From an uncultured Saprospiraceae bacterium (GTDB lineage Bacteria > Bacteroidota > Bacteroidia > Chitinophagales > Saprospiraceae), in the NCBI GenBank assembly GCA_964475415.1, contig CAYYWZ010000001.1, forward strand, positions 14,360 to 78,359: a DNA stretch of 64,000 nt. The letters are read 5' to 3'. The notes beneath the pieces are model-generated. The model saw only the letters and a program-made list of their open reading frames with translations, had not been told where the DNA came from and did no database searches. Both the position numbers and the translations under genes were made by a program. The first letter of the stretch is position 1; each line of letters starts with the position of its first letter. Below, one piece after another: positions 49,366 to 57,894 of the stretch.

Positions 49366-49576
49366 CGCTAATTTCTTTAAAAGGTTATGTTCTCAGGATA
49401 GCACGAATATATGAAAATATCATATCTAATAATATTATATAAATAAAATTTCAATACAAGGGTTAAATAAATATCTGGCAGCACCTAGTGTCGAAAGATA
49501 AAATACCTAGTTTAGATTTCTAATCTTCTAGTTGATAAGAGTTAAGTTTCGGTAACAAAGCTCTTAGAGACAGACT

Positions 49577-50701
49577 TTATTTAGAAATGATAATTTTTTT
49601 GACATACCTATTCCCCACTCTTTCTAGCTGTAAAAAATAAACACCTGAGTTCAGGTTACGGGTATCTATTTTTAGGGAATTAGATTTGTTTGCTCCAGAC
49701 CATAATATTCTTCCATGTAGATTATATAAGCTTATGTCAAAGGACAACGTCGATTCGATCTCTATATATTCAGATGCTGGGTTAGGACCAATCTTAATAT
49801 CTCCAGTAAATAGATTTTCGTTACTAGCACTAAGGTCTAAGCTATGCCTGTCAAAAAATTCCCAGATAGCATCACTTGCACTAAAGTCCTGATTTGTAGA
49901 ACCTATATTGACAGGAGCCCCAGGCCAAGTATGACCCCCATTTTCTATTTTGATCAGCACAACATCTTTTTCATCCTTGCACATATTATAATCAAAACGT
50001 TGTGCAGTACTTCCATCTGAAGGACTATTATCTGGTATATCGCTTACCATAGGATCAGTATTACACTCATTATTATCTACCCAGAAAGCTACAACTTCAT
50101 CTACAGGCAAAGAGATATCCGCAGAACCATTATACGGTACAACATCATCTGCCGTACCATGTATTTCCATAATAGGAACAGACTTTTCTGGGTTACAATC
50201 GGGCTTGTATTCTGGCACTATACTTCCAGTTACAGAAGCTACCGCAGCAATTCTATCGTTAAGTTCACAGGCTAATCTATAACTCATAAATCCACCATTT
50301 GACATACCACAAGAATAGACTCTCATAGGATCTACATTATAATTTTCTATAAGCTCATCAATCATAGCACTTAGAAATCCAACATCATCTGCTGTACTTC
50401 CAAAAGTCCAACCTACATTCCAAGCATTGGAAACACCCTCTGGATAACAAACGATAAAGCCCTGCTCTTCCGCCGTGTCATTCATAGCAGAGTAAAATTC
50501 CTGTTGCTGAGCATTAGATGTAAAACCATGCAAGTTAAAAACCAGCGATAAAGAACTTTCCTCATCATAAGCAGATGGCAAATATAATCTATACTCTCTC
50601 TCAAGTCCATCATGCATTAGCGCACCCGTGATTGTTTGTTGACCTTCTATTGTAGAAAAAATCAAAGACAATAGTATACTGAAGAAAAACCCCTTGCTCA
50701 T
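49577..50701 (-). CDS. PHB-depolymerase-family esterase with T9SS type-A sorting domain
   Basis: LVFNLHGFTSNA, nucleophile GMSNGGFMSY, HGTADDVVPY. C-terminal IGPNPASEYIEIES...SGVYFLQL..VGNRYVKKIIISK. Confidence 0.75.
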   Translation of the reverse strand: MSKGFFFSILLSLIFSTIEGQQTITGALMHDGLEREYRLYLPSAYDEESSLSLVFNLHGFTSNAQQQEFYSAMNDTAEEQGFIVCYPEGVSNAWNVGWTFGSTADDVGFLSAMIDELIENYNVDPMRVYSCGMSNGGFMSYRLACELNDRIAAVASVTGSIVPEYKPDCNPEKSVPIMEIHGTADDVVPYNGSADISLPVDEVVAFWVDNNECNTDPMVSDIPDNSPSDGSTAQRFDYNMCKDEKDVVLIKIENGGHTWPGAPVNIGSTNQDFSASDAIWEFFDRHSLDLSASNENLFTGDIKIGPNPASEYIEIESTLSFDISLYNLHGRILWSGANKSNSLKIDTRNLNSGVYFLQLERVGNRYVKKIIISK

Positions 50702-50713
50702 GTTATTTTCTTT

Positions 50714-51943
50714 TTAAAAATTTGCTGTAATCAATAAATCCAGCGCAGTGTATTTTAAATTGAATCTCTTAGACAAGTATTCGTTTGTACAACATCCTTT
50801 ATAAACGTATACACCATTACGTATTCCTTTACTTTCGTACAACATACTTTCCACAGATGCAGCATTACCCGCTTTGACAAGAAGAGAGGTAAGAATATTA
50901 CTTATCGCAACAGATGCAGTTCTCGGAACTTTAGAAGGAATATTCGGAACACAATAATGTATTACATCGTGCTTTATAAAAGTAGGTTTATCATGAGTTG
51001 TCATGCGAGATGTTTCTATACAACCTCCTTGGTCTATACTTACATCTATTATAACACTCCCCTGCTTCATTTTAGAAACCATCTCATCGGTTACTAGGAT
51101 AGGTGTCCTTCCAGTTTTGGAATGCAAAGCTCCTATAACTACATCAGCACTCATAAGTTGATAAGCCAGATAAACTGGATTAAAGGATGAGGTATGCAGT
51201 TGTCTTCCTATATTAGACTGGAATCGCATAAGCTTAGAGATATCACTATCGAAAATTCTTACAGATGCACCCAGACCTAGAGCAGTTCTTGTTGCAAACT
51301 CTCCTACCATCCCTGCTCCTAGAATAATAACCTTAGCAGGAGGAACACCAGAAACACCTCCTAAAAGAATACCTCTTCCATTATCGCTATAACTTAACAA
51401 TTCGGCTGCTGTAAGCATGGCACTCATCCCCGCAATCTCACTCATTATCCTTACAACAGGAAAAGATCCATCCTCTGCTTGGAGATATTCCATTGCTACA
51501 GCGATCACTCTTTTTTCTTTTAATTTTCGTAGATAATCATCCGTTACTGTAGGAATATGTAAGGGAGTAATAAGAATCTGATTTGGCTTCAGAAGTTCTA
51601 GTTCTTCCTTAGTACAAGGTGTTACCTTTACTATTACATCACTTTCAAAAACTGTTTTCTTATCCGGTGCTACCTTAGCTCCTGCTTCAGAAAAATCTAT
51701 ATCAGCAAAATTAGATTTTACGCCTGCTTTAGATTCTACAACCACCGTATGACCATAGCCTACCAGTGTTCTTATGTTATTAGGTACCAGAGCAACTCTA
51801 GTTTCTTTAAGGGATGATTCCTTAGGTATACCTATAGCTATCTGATTGCGATTTCCTTCTTTTTGTAAAGTTTCCGTCTGTGTCTGAAATTGTCCCTCTG
51901 TAAAAAATTCTGAAAAAGAGTATTTTTTAGTTGGATCTGGCAT
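50714..51943 (-). CDS. Alanine dehydrogenase family NAD-dependent enzyme (AlaDH/PNT fold)
   Basis: IGIPKE....E.RVAL.P and Rossmann motif VIILGAGMVGEFA; 409 aa with an N-terminal extension. Confidence 0.7.
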   Translation of the reverse strand: MPDPTKKYSFSEFFTEGQFQTQTETLQKEGNRNQIAIGIPKESSLKETRVALVPNNIRTLVGYGHTVVVESKAGVKSNFADIDFSEAGAKVAPDKKTVFESDVIVKVTPCTKEELELLKPNQILITPLHIPTVTDDYLRKLKEKRVIAVAMEYLQAEDGSFPVVRIMSEIAGMSAMLTAAELLSYSDNGRGILLGGVSGVPPAKVIILGAGMVGEFATRTALGLGASVRIFDSDISKLMRFQSNIGRQLHTSSFNPVYLAYQLMSADVVIGALHSKTGRTPILVTDEMVSKMKQGSVIIDVSIDQGGCIETSRMTTHDKPTFIKHDVIHYCVPNIPSKVPRTASVAISNILTSLLVKAGNAASVESMLYESKGIRNGVYVYKGCCTNEYLSKRFNLKYTALDLLITANF

Positions 51944-51992
51944 GTAGCGTTATTATAATGAGATTTATTCGTAGCTCCTTATATGGGGAATT

Positions 51993-52409
51993 CTAATTCA
52001 ATATAATCCTTCGTGTAGACTTATCCAAAATTTCTATTTTAATTGTATCATATTCATTTGGGTCTAACAGGTCCAAAATAAGTTGAGGCCACTCTATTAT
52101 ACATAGATTATCACTATGTAAATACTCCTCTATACCTATATTAACAGCCTCTTCCTTAGAATTTAACCTATAAAGGTCCATATGGAAAATGTTCTTATTA
52201 GGCCCTTTATACTCATTTATGATAGAATAGGTAGGGGAAGACACTTCTTCTTTGCTACCTAAGGCATCCAATAGATATTGCGTAAGCGTGGTCTTTCCAG
52301 CTCCCATTTCTCCATATAGTAAGATGTTTGACTTGCTAGAATTAGCTATAAGCTGTTCGGAAAATTCCTTATAAGAGTCGAGGTCTTTGATAATAGATTG
52401 CATGGTCAA
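51993..52409 (-). CDS. tsaE: tRNA threonylcarbamoyladenosine biosynthesis ATPase TsaE
   Basis: LYGEMGAGKTTL, SPTYSIINEY, HMDLYRL. Confidence 0.85.
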   Translation of the reverse strand: MTMQSIIKDLDSYKEFSEQLIANSSKSNILLYGEMGAGKTTLTQYLLDALGSKEEVSSPTYSIINEYKGPNKNIFHMDLYRLNSKEEAVNIGIEEYLHSDNLCIIEWPQLILDLLDPNEYDTIKIEILDKSTRRIILN

Positions 52410-52534
52410 ACTTAATGAGCTGATAATTGTTATGTAAATATCACTAAAAAAGCGTTTTTTTAGCTTATAATTGTCAAGAAATAAAGAGGAAACTAGTTTT
52501 TATAATTTGAATATTGTTTTCTTCAAGGTGAATA

Positions 52535-53563
52535 ATGATTTTGAAAAAGGATATTACCTCTAACGAAAGAAAAAAAGACCATATAGATCTTGCCTTCAAA
52601 AGCGAAACGAATTGTCAACAGATAGATCAACGTTTTCTTTATGAGCCACTTCTATCAGGTCACCCGCGCTCAGATAAAACTTTCCCTGTAGAACTTGCAG
52701 CTAAAGCTTTGGATTTCCCTTTATGGGTATCTAGTATGACGGGCGGGACAGAATTTGCTCAGACCATCAACAGAAACCTAGCAAAAGCTTGTAAGGAATT
52801 TAAGCTAGGTATGGGCTTAGGATCTTGTAGGTCTATCCTAGATTCTGATGATAGATTACAAGATTTTGACATACGAAAACACATAGGTGATCAGCCACTC
52901 TATGCAAATCTAGGTATAGCTCAGCTTATAGATATTGCCAAAGAAGGTAGCTGGAATAAAGTGAAAAACCTAGTGACTAAACTATCTGCAGACGGTCTTA
53001 TCGTACACATAAATCCACTACAGGAATGGATGCAGCCAGAGGGAGATAGATACCATATGAGCCCCATAGAATGTATACAGCAATTGCTAGACAAGACAGA
53101 TATAAACGTGATGGTAAAGGAAGTAGGCCAAGGTATGGGTAAAACTTCTCTTAAGGCGCTCTTAGAATTGCCGCTAGTAGCGGTTGACTTTGCTGCTCAT
53201 GGTGGAACAAACTTTTCTAAACTAGAATTATTCCGAGGATCAGAACAACGTAAGGATACCTTCCTACCCGTAACTAGAATAGGACATAGTGCTGCTACAA
53301 TGCTAGAATGGGCTAATGAATTAAAAGATGAAATAAACTGTCACTGTAATACAATTATCGTTTCGGGAGGTGTAAAGAACTTTCTAGATGGTTATTATTT
53401 TACACAGAAATCGAAGTTCAATAATACGATATACGGACAAGCGTCAGGCTTTCTGAAACATGCTATGGGAGACTATGAAGATCTACAAAAACATGTAAGG
53501 CTACAGATAGAAGGTTTACAGATGTCACATGCTTTTCTAACTTTGAACCCAGAGCATGAATAA
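52535..53563 (+). CDS. fni: Type 2 (FMN-dependent) isopentenyl-diphosphate delta-isomerase
   Basis: RKKDHI, SSMTGGT, VKEVGQGM, AAHGGTNF motifs. Confidence 0.85.
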   Translation: MILKKDITSNERKKDHIDLAFKSETNCQQIDQRFLYEPLLSGHPRSDKTFPVELAAKALDFPLWVSSMTGGTEFAQTINRNLAKACKEFKLGMGLGSCRSILDSDDRLQDFDIRKHIGDQPLYANLGIAQLIDIAKEGSWNKVKNLVTKLSADGLIVHINPLQEWMQPEGDRYHMSPIECIQQLLDKTDINVMVKEVGQGMGKTSLKALLELPLVAVDFAAHGGTNFSKLELFRGSEQRKDTFLPVTRIGHSAATMLEWANELKDEINCHCNTIIVSGGVKNFLDGYYFTQKSKFNNTIYGQASGFLKHAMGDYEDLQKHVRLQIEGLQMSHAFLTLNPEHE

Positions 53564-54878
53564 GACCAAAACTATAAAAGGGTTCTCTAAACTTTCTAAG
53601 AGAGGAAAGATCAAATGGATTGTTGAAAACTTCTTCAAGGATCCTGAGAACGTGATGAGAGAACTTGTCAGCTACTGGCATACGAACGAAGAGCAACAGA
53701 AAATCCTAGACGGATTTAGCGAGAATACAATAAGCAATTATCCTATGCCTTACAGTGTAGCCCCTAACTTTGTTATCAACAATAAGGCTTATTGTGTGCC
53801 TATGGTTATAGAAGAAAGTTCAGTTGTAGCAGCGGCAAGTGCAGCTGCCAAATTCTGGATGGATAGAGGAGGTTTTAAAACTGAAATTTTAGATACTAAA
53901 AAACTAGGCCATGTTCACTTCAAGTGGAATGGAGATAAAGAAATATTAAAATCTATCTTCCCGGAACTCAAGACCAAACTTATACATGATTGTTCTCATA
54001 TAACTCAGAATATGAGAAAGAGAGGCGGTGGTATTCTCGATATTGTCTTAGAGGATTTTACGTCAGAAGAAAAAGGTTTGTATCAACTGAAGGCTTCCTT
54101 CAAAACCTGTGATTCCATGGGTGCAAACTTTATCAATTCCTGCCTAGAACAATTTTCTAAAACCCTACAAGTTTTTGTATTAGACAACGACAAAATAGAA
54201 AATAAGGAGATAGATGTGATCATGAGCATCTTATCTAATTATACACCTGAGTGTATTGTAAGAGCTACCGTTTCTTGCAAGGTGGAAGAGCTAGGTCGAT
54301 TTGCGAATAACATGGCTCCTGAGATATTTGCAAAAAAATTCAAGGCTGCGGTAAAGATTGCACATATAGATTCTTATAGAGCGACAACACACAACAAAGG
54401 AATATTCAATGGAGTAGATGCGGTAGTGCTAGCTACAGGAAACGATTTCAGAGCTATAGAAGCTTGTGGACACACTTATGCTTCGAGAACAGGAAAATAT
54501 AAAAGTCTAAGTCACTGCAGTGTAGAGAATGGTGTATTTAAATTTTGGTTAGACATACCTCTTGCGGTAGGAACCATAGGCGGACTGACATCTATACATC
54601 CTATTGCAAAACGCAGTTTAGAACTACTAGGAAATCCTAATGCGGAAGAGCTCATGAGTGTCATAGCTGCCACAGGACTTGCTCAGAATTTCGCAGCGCT
54701 TCGATCGCTTATTACTACCGGCATACAACAGGGTCATATGAAGATGCATCTTCAAAATATCATGGTAAGTCTAAGTGCATCAGACCAAGAAAAAGAAAAA
54801 ACATCTGCTTATTTTTCTGATAAGATAGTATCGTTTAGTGATGTGAGGAATTATATTTCTAGCCTTAGATCCAGTTAA
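53556..54878 (+). CDS. Hydroxymethylglutaryl-CoA reductase (class II type)
   Basis: EESSVVAAAS, DSMGANFINS, TTHNKGIFNGVDAVVLATGND and GLAQNFAALRSL are characteristic of the class II type. Overlaps fni by 8 nt. Confidence 0.85.
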   Translation: MNKTKTIKGFSKLSKRGKIKWIVENFFKDPENVMRELVSYWHTNEEQQKILDGFSENTISNYPMPYSVAPNFVINNKAYCVPMVIEESSVVAAASAAAKFWMDRGGFKTEILDTKKLGHVHFKWNGDKEILKSIFPELKTKLIHDCSHITQNMRKRGGGILDIVLEDFTSEEKGLYQLKASFKTCDSMGANFINSCLEQFSKTLQVFVLDNDKIENKEIDVIMSILSNYTPECIVRATVSCKVEELGRFANNMAPEIFAKKFKAAVKIAHIDSYRATTHNKGIFNGVDAVVLATGNDFRAIEACGHTYASRTGKYKSLSHCSVENGVFKFWLDIPLAVGTIGGLTSIHPIAKRSLELLGNPNAEELMSVIAATGLAQNFAALRSLITTGIQQGHMKMHLQNIMVSLSASDQEKEKTSAYFSDKIVSFSDVRNYISSLRSS

Positions 54879-54887
54879 TACAACAAG

Positions 54888-55610
54888 ATGTCAGAACAAC
54901 TACGATCTTTCTATGATTTCCTTTTATACCCATATATCATAGAAACATCTGATGCTTCCCTTAAGGATAAGTTATTAGCAATATTCATGTTATTTGTAGT
55001 CTCCTTTAGTTCAGTAGTATTTATTGCAGGGCCACTGCTTATGTTAGCAGGTGTAGATGATCTCACACATAAGATTAGCGATCTAGAATCAGAAATAAGT
55101 ACAACCGCCCTTTTTATTCTTGCTGTTGTCATAGCTCCTTTAATGGAAGAATTAGTATTTAGATTTCCGCTTAGATATAGAAGAGGTGCAATCCTATTGC
55201 TTGTATTATGTCTAAGTATGATATCGTTTTATATTTTTCAAAATATCTTCTCTGCTAAGATCAATGCCACTATTTCAGGCACTATTGCCATCATGGGATT
55301 TATTCTTATAGGTAGTCTAAGTTCAGAAAAGGGACTAGAAAAAATATCTAATTTTCTTAAGAATTATTATCCTTGGATTTTTTACTTGACAGCCATGATG
55401 TTTGCCTTTGCGCATATATTCAACTACGATCTTCCTGATGAAAAATGGTTCCTTACACCTATTCTTGTATTACCTCAGCTTATACTAGGTCTTTTTCTAG
55501 GTTATGTGAGATTACGGTTTGGGATATGGGCAAGTATACTAATGCATGCAATGAATAATTTTATACCCATGATGGCACTTGTTGCAGCTAAGGGTATGGG
55601 TGTAGAATAA
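54888..55610 (+). CDS. CPBP family intramembrane glutamic endopeptidase
   Basis: EELVFRF, FAHIFN and HAMNNF motifs in a polytopic membrane protein. Confidence 0.8.
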   Translation: MSEQLRSFYDFLLYPYIIETSDASLKDKLLAIFMLFVVSFSSVVFIAGPLLMLAGVDDLTHKISDLESEISTTALFILAVVIAPLMEELVFRFPLRYRRGAILLLVLCLSMISFYIFQNIFSAKINATISGTIAIMGFILIGSLSSEKGLEKISNFLKNYYPWIFYLTAMMFAFAHIFNYDLPDEKWFLTPILVLPQLILGLFLGYVRLRFGIWASILMHAMNNFIPMMALVAAKGMGVE

Positions 55611-55616
55611 TACTAA

Positions 55617-56017
55617 ATTAACGCGTTGAGCTATTAAGCAACCAAAACATGTTTGGTTTAACCAGAATTATGCAATAGAAAATCTATTGCGTTCTGAAAA
55701 ACCTTCAAAATAAGTCAGTATAATCTGTTTTTAGTTTTGAACATAATAGATTTTCCGAATCAATCTGCAAGCACTCTTCCGTAATAGCAAGAGCTACTAT
55801 TTCTAAATCTGACAAACTAGGTGTATTCAAATAAAATTGAATATTCCAGTCTTTACCAAAATATTCTTTTGGTCTGTTTCTCTAATGTTTGTTCAACTTT
55901 CATTATATTCAGATCGGGTATACGCATTATTTTAAATGGGATAGATAATTTATAATATACTGATTTTCAGCAATATGTGCGATCTACTTTTTCTTTTTTT
56001 TAGTTCAACGCGCTAAT
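55617..56017 (-). mobile_element. IS982-family-like insertion sequence remnant (internally deleted, about 400 bp) with imperfect terminal inverted repeats
   Basis: Ends attaacgcgttgagctattaa (55617..55637) and the reverse complement of 55997..56017 (attagcgcgttgaactaaaaa) match at 17/21. Between them, minus-strand reading gives MRIPDLNIMKVEQTLEKQTKRIFW* then, frameshifted, KEYFGKDWNIQFYLNTPSLSDLEIVALAITEECLQIDSENLLCSKLKTDYTDLF*. This resembles only the first 70 aa or so of IS982-type transposases (..kLSDlEiialsltaEylgIDSEn.lf.kL). Confidence 0.5.
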
Positions 56018-56020
56018 ATT

Positions 56021-56224
56021 ATGAAAACTATAAAATCTAAAGAAAGACTAGGCAATATTCTATATACTATAGCGAGCATTTTACTACTCATAAGTATATA
56101 CAAAAAGGGAGCTGATACGGAATACAGACTTTTAGATATAGCCTCATGGGTTACACTTATGATTGCTGCGCTATATGGAATATGGATTACTAGTATAAAG
56201 AAAAAAGACAGCTTAGAAAAATAA
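56021..56224 (+). CDS. Hypothetical small two-TM membrane protein
   Basis: 67 aa with two hydrophobic helices. It starts 4 nt after the IS-remnant end. Confidence 0.3.
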   Translation: MKTIKSKERLGNILYTIASILLLISIYKKGADTEYRLLDIASWVTLMIAALYGIWITSIKKKDSLEK

Positions 56225-56343
56225 TTTTAAGCTCAGATCTTAGATTCAGAACTCTAATATTTCAGTGAAATATTACTTTGAATACTAAGTTCTAAATACT
56301 GCATCTACTATCTCATAAGCTAATCTGTAACCTTCGTAACAGT

Positions 56344-56571
56344 TCATTCTGATGCGTACTTGTGGAGGTATTCTAGAATGGGCATTTTCTTTAGCATTTC
56401 AGAAAAAGATTGGAAAGTTCTAGATTCCCGTAGAAATTTTGTTCGCTCTCGGTGTGTGTAATCTGTAAATAATACATTATCTCCAAACTTATCAATAAAT
56501 CCACCTATAGCTGCCGAAGCAAAAGTAGAGTTTCGAAAATACTCATTTATCCGATCATCTTTTTGACCCAA
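56344..56571 (-). CDS. Hypothetical ORF, possibly a gene fragment
   Basis: 75-aa ORF with a TTG start and no recognisable family or signal. Confidence 0.2.
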   Translation of the reverse strand: MGQKDDRINEYFRNSTFASAAIGGFIDKFGDNVLFTDYTHRERTKFLRESRTFQSFSEMLKKMPILEYLHKYASE

Positions 56572-56787
56572 ATTTTCTCATTTCTCATCTTTCTTTTTTT
56601 ATCGACATATTGATCTCGGAATGACAATTCGCTAAAAACAGCCATAATGGCATATTGTTTTTAATTTTAGTGTCTTTTTGACATGTGTTTTTGAGATATA
56701 TTGACTGTTTGGCGACTTTTTTGGCTTGGTACGTAGATTGATCTAAGGAAATCGTATTCAATTATTCAAAATTTAAAATAAATAAAC

Positions 56788-57255
56788 ATGCATACCAAAT
56801 ACGCAACATCTAACGGAAGAGCAAAACACAAGGCTCACAGAAGACCTAACAATTCAATATTTTTCCCTGCTTTTGGGAATATCGTCAATGAGCTAATGAA
56901 CAGTCCACTAAGTGAGGTACTGAACGAAGAAGAAACAAAGTATACGGTTCCAGCAGCTAATATTCAAGATAAGGAAGATGCCTATATCATAGAGTTATCT
57001 GTTCCTGGGTACACTAAAAAAGAAATTGATATTACCGTAGAGAAAAAAGTACTTTCTATAGTAGGTCATAAAGAAGAAGCTGAAGGTATAAATTTCAGAA
57101 AAAGAGAATTTAATTACAACAAATTCAAGCGTTCATTTACCCTTCCAGAAAAAGCGAATATCGAAGCTATAAAGGCAAACTTTAGTAAAGGTATCCTTAG
57201 TATTACTATAGCTAAGAAGGAAGAAGAGCCAGTAAGAAAAATTTCGATAAAATAA
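56788..57255 (+). CDS. Hsp20/alpha-crystallin family small heat-shock protein (copy 1)
   Basis: Alpha-crystallin domain: PAANIQDKEDAYIIELSVPGYTKKEIDITVEKKVLSI, F.RSFTLP, A.F..GILSITI. Confidence 0.85.
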   Translation: MHTKYATSNGRAKHKAHRRPNNSIFFPAFGNIVNELMNSPLSEVLNEEETKYTVPAANIQDKEDAYIIELSVPGYTKKEIDITVEKKVLSIVGHKEEAEGINFRKREFNYNKFKRSFTLPEKANIEAIKANFSKGILSITIAKKEEEPVRKISIK

Positions 57256-57282
57256 TTTTAAATAACCATAAATAAAATAATA

Positions 57283-57741
57283 ATGAGAACTAGAATAAAT
57301 CCAGTATTGCCATCTACTAGTGTAAACAACATGGTAGATACTTTTTTCAACAAGAGTATCGCTGATATTATAGGAACAGATTTTACACATAACTCCCCTT
57401 CTGTAAATATTATAGAAGAGCATGATGCTTATGTAATAGAACTTGCTGCTCCAGGCTATGAGAAAAAAGATTTTGACATAAGTATAGAGAAAGATCAACT
57501 GATCATTTCTCATAGTGAGACAAAATCAGAAGAACATACCGAAAGTGAAGAAAAAGTGGAGCATACACATTATACAAGAAGAGAGTTCAATTATGCAGCA
57601 TTCAGAAGAAGTTTTCACCTACCGAAAACGATAGATAAAACTTCTATAAATGCTACTTATAAAAACGGAATTCTTGCCCTAAAGCTTTCTAAAATAGAAG
57701 CTGCTATAGATCCTGGTAAAATAGAAATTGAAATAAAATAA
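57283..57741 (+). CDS. Hsp20/alpha-crystallin family small heat-shock protein (copy 2)
   Basis: PSVNIIEEHDAYVIELAAPGYEKKDFDISIEKDQLII, FRRSFHLP, ATYKNGILALKL. Confidence 0.85.
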   Translation: MRTRINPVLPSTSVNNMVDTFFNKSIADIIGTDFTHNSPSVNIIEEHDAYVIELAAPGYEKKDFDISIEKDQLIISHSETKSEEHTESEEKVEHTHYTRREFNYAAFRRSFHLPKTIDKTSINATYKNGILALKLSKIEAAIDPGKIEIEIK

Positions 57742-57770
57742 TTTTTCATCTGTCATCACTATGAATTGTG

Positions 57771-57802
57771 AAGCTGTCAGTATTTCTGACAGCTTTTTTT
57801 AT
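57771..57802 (+). terminator. Intrinsic terminator of the Hsp20 pair
   Basis: aagctgtcag-tattt-ctgacagctt is a 10-bp perfect stem followed by a T-run. Confidence 0.8.
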
Positions 57803-57894
57803 TTGCTCTAGATTTTAATATTTAGGAAAAATATATATTAAGTTATCCAATCTATTTCCTACCTTAATAATTTATAACCAATCTAGAATTCAAG

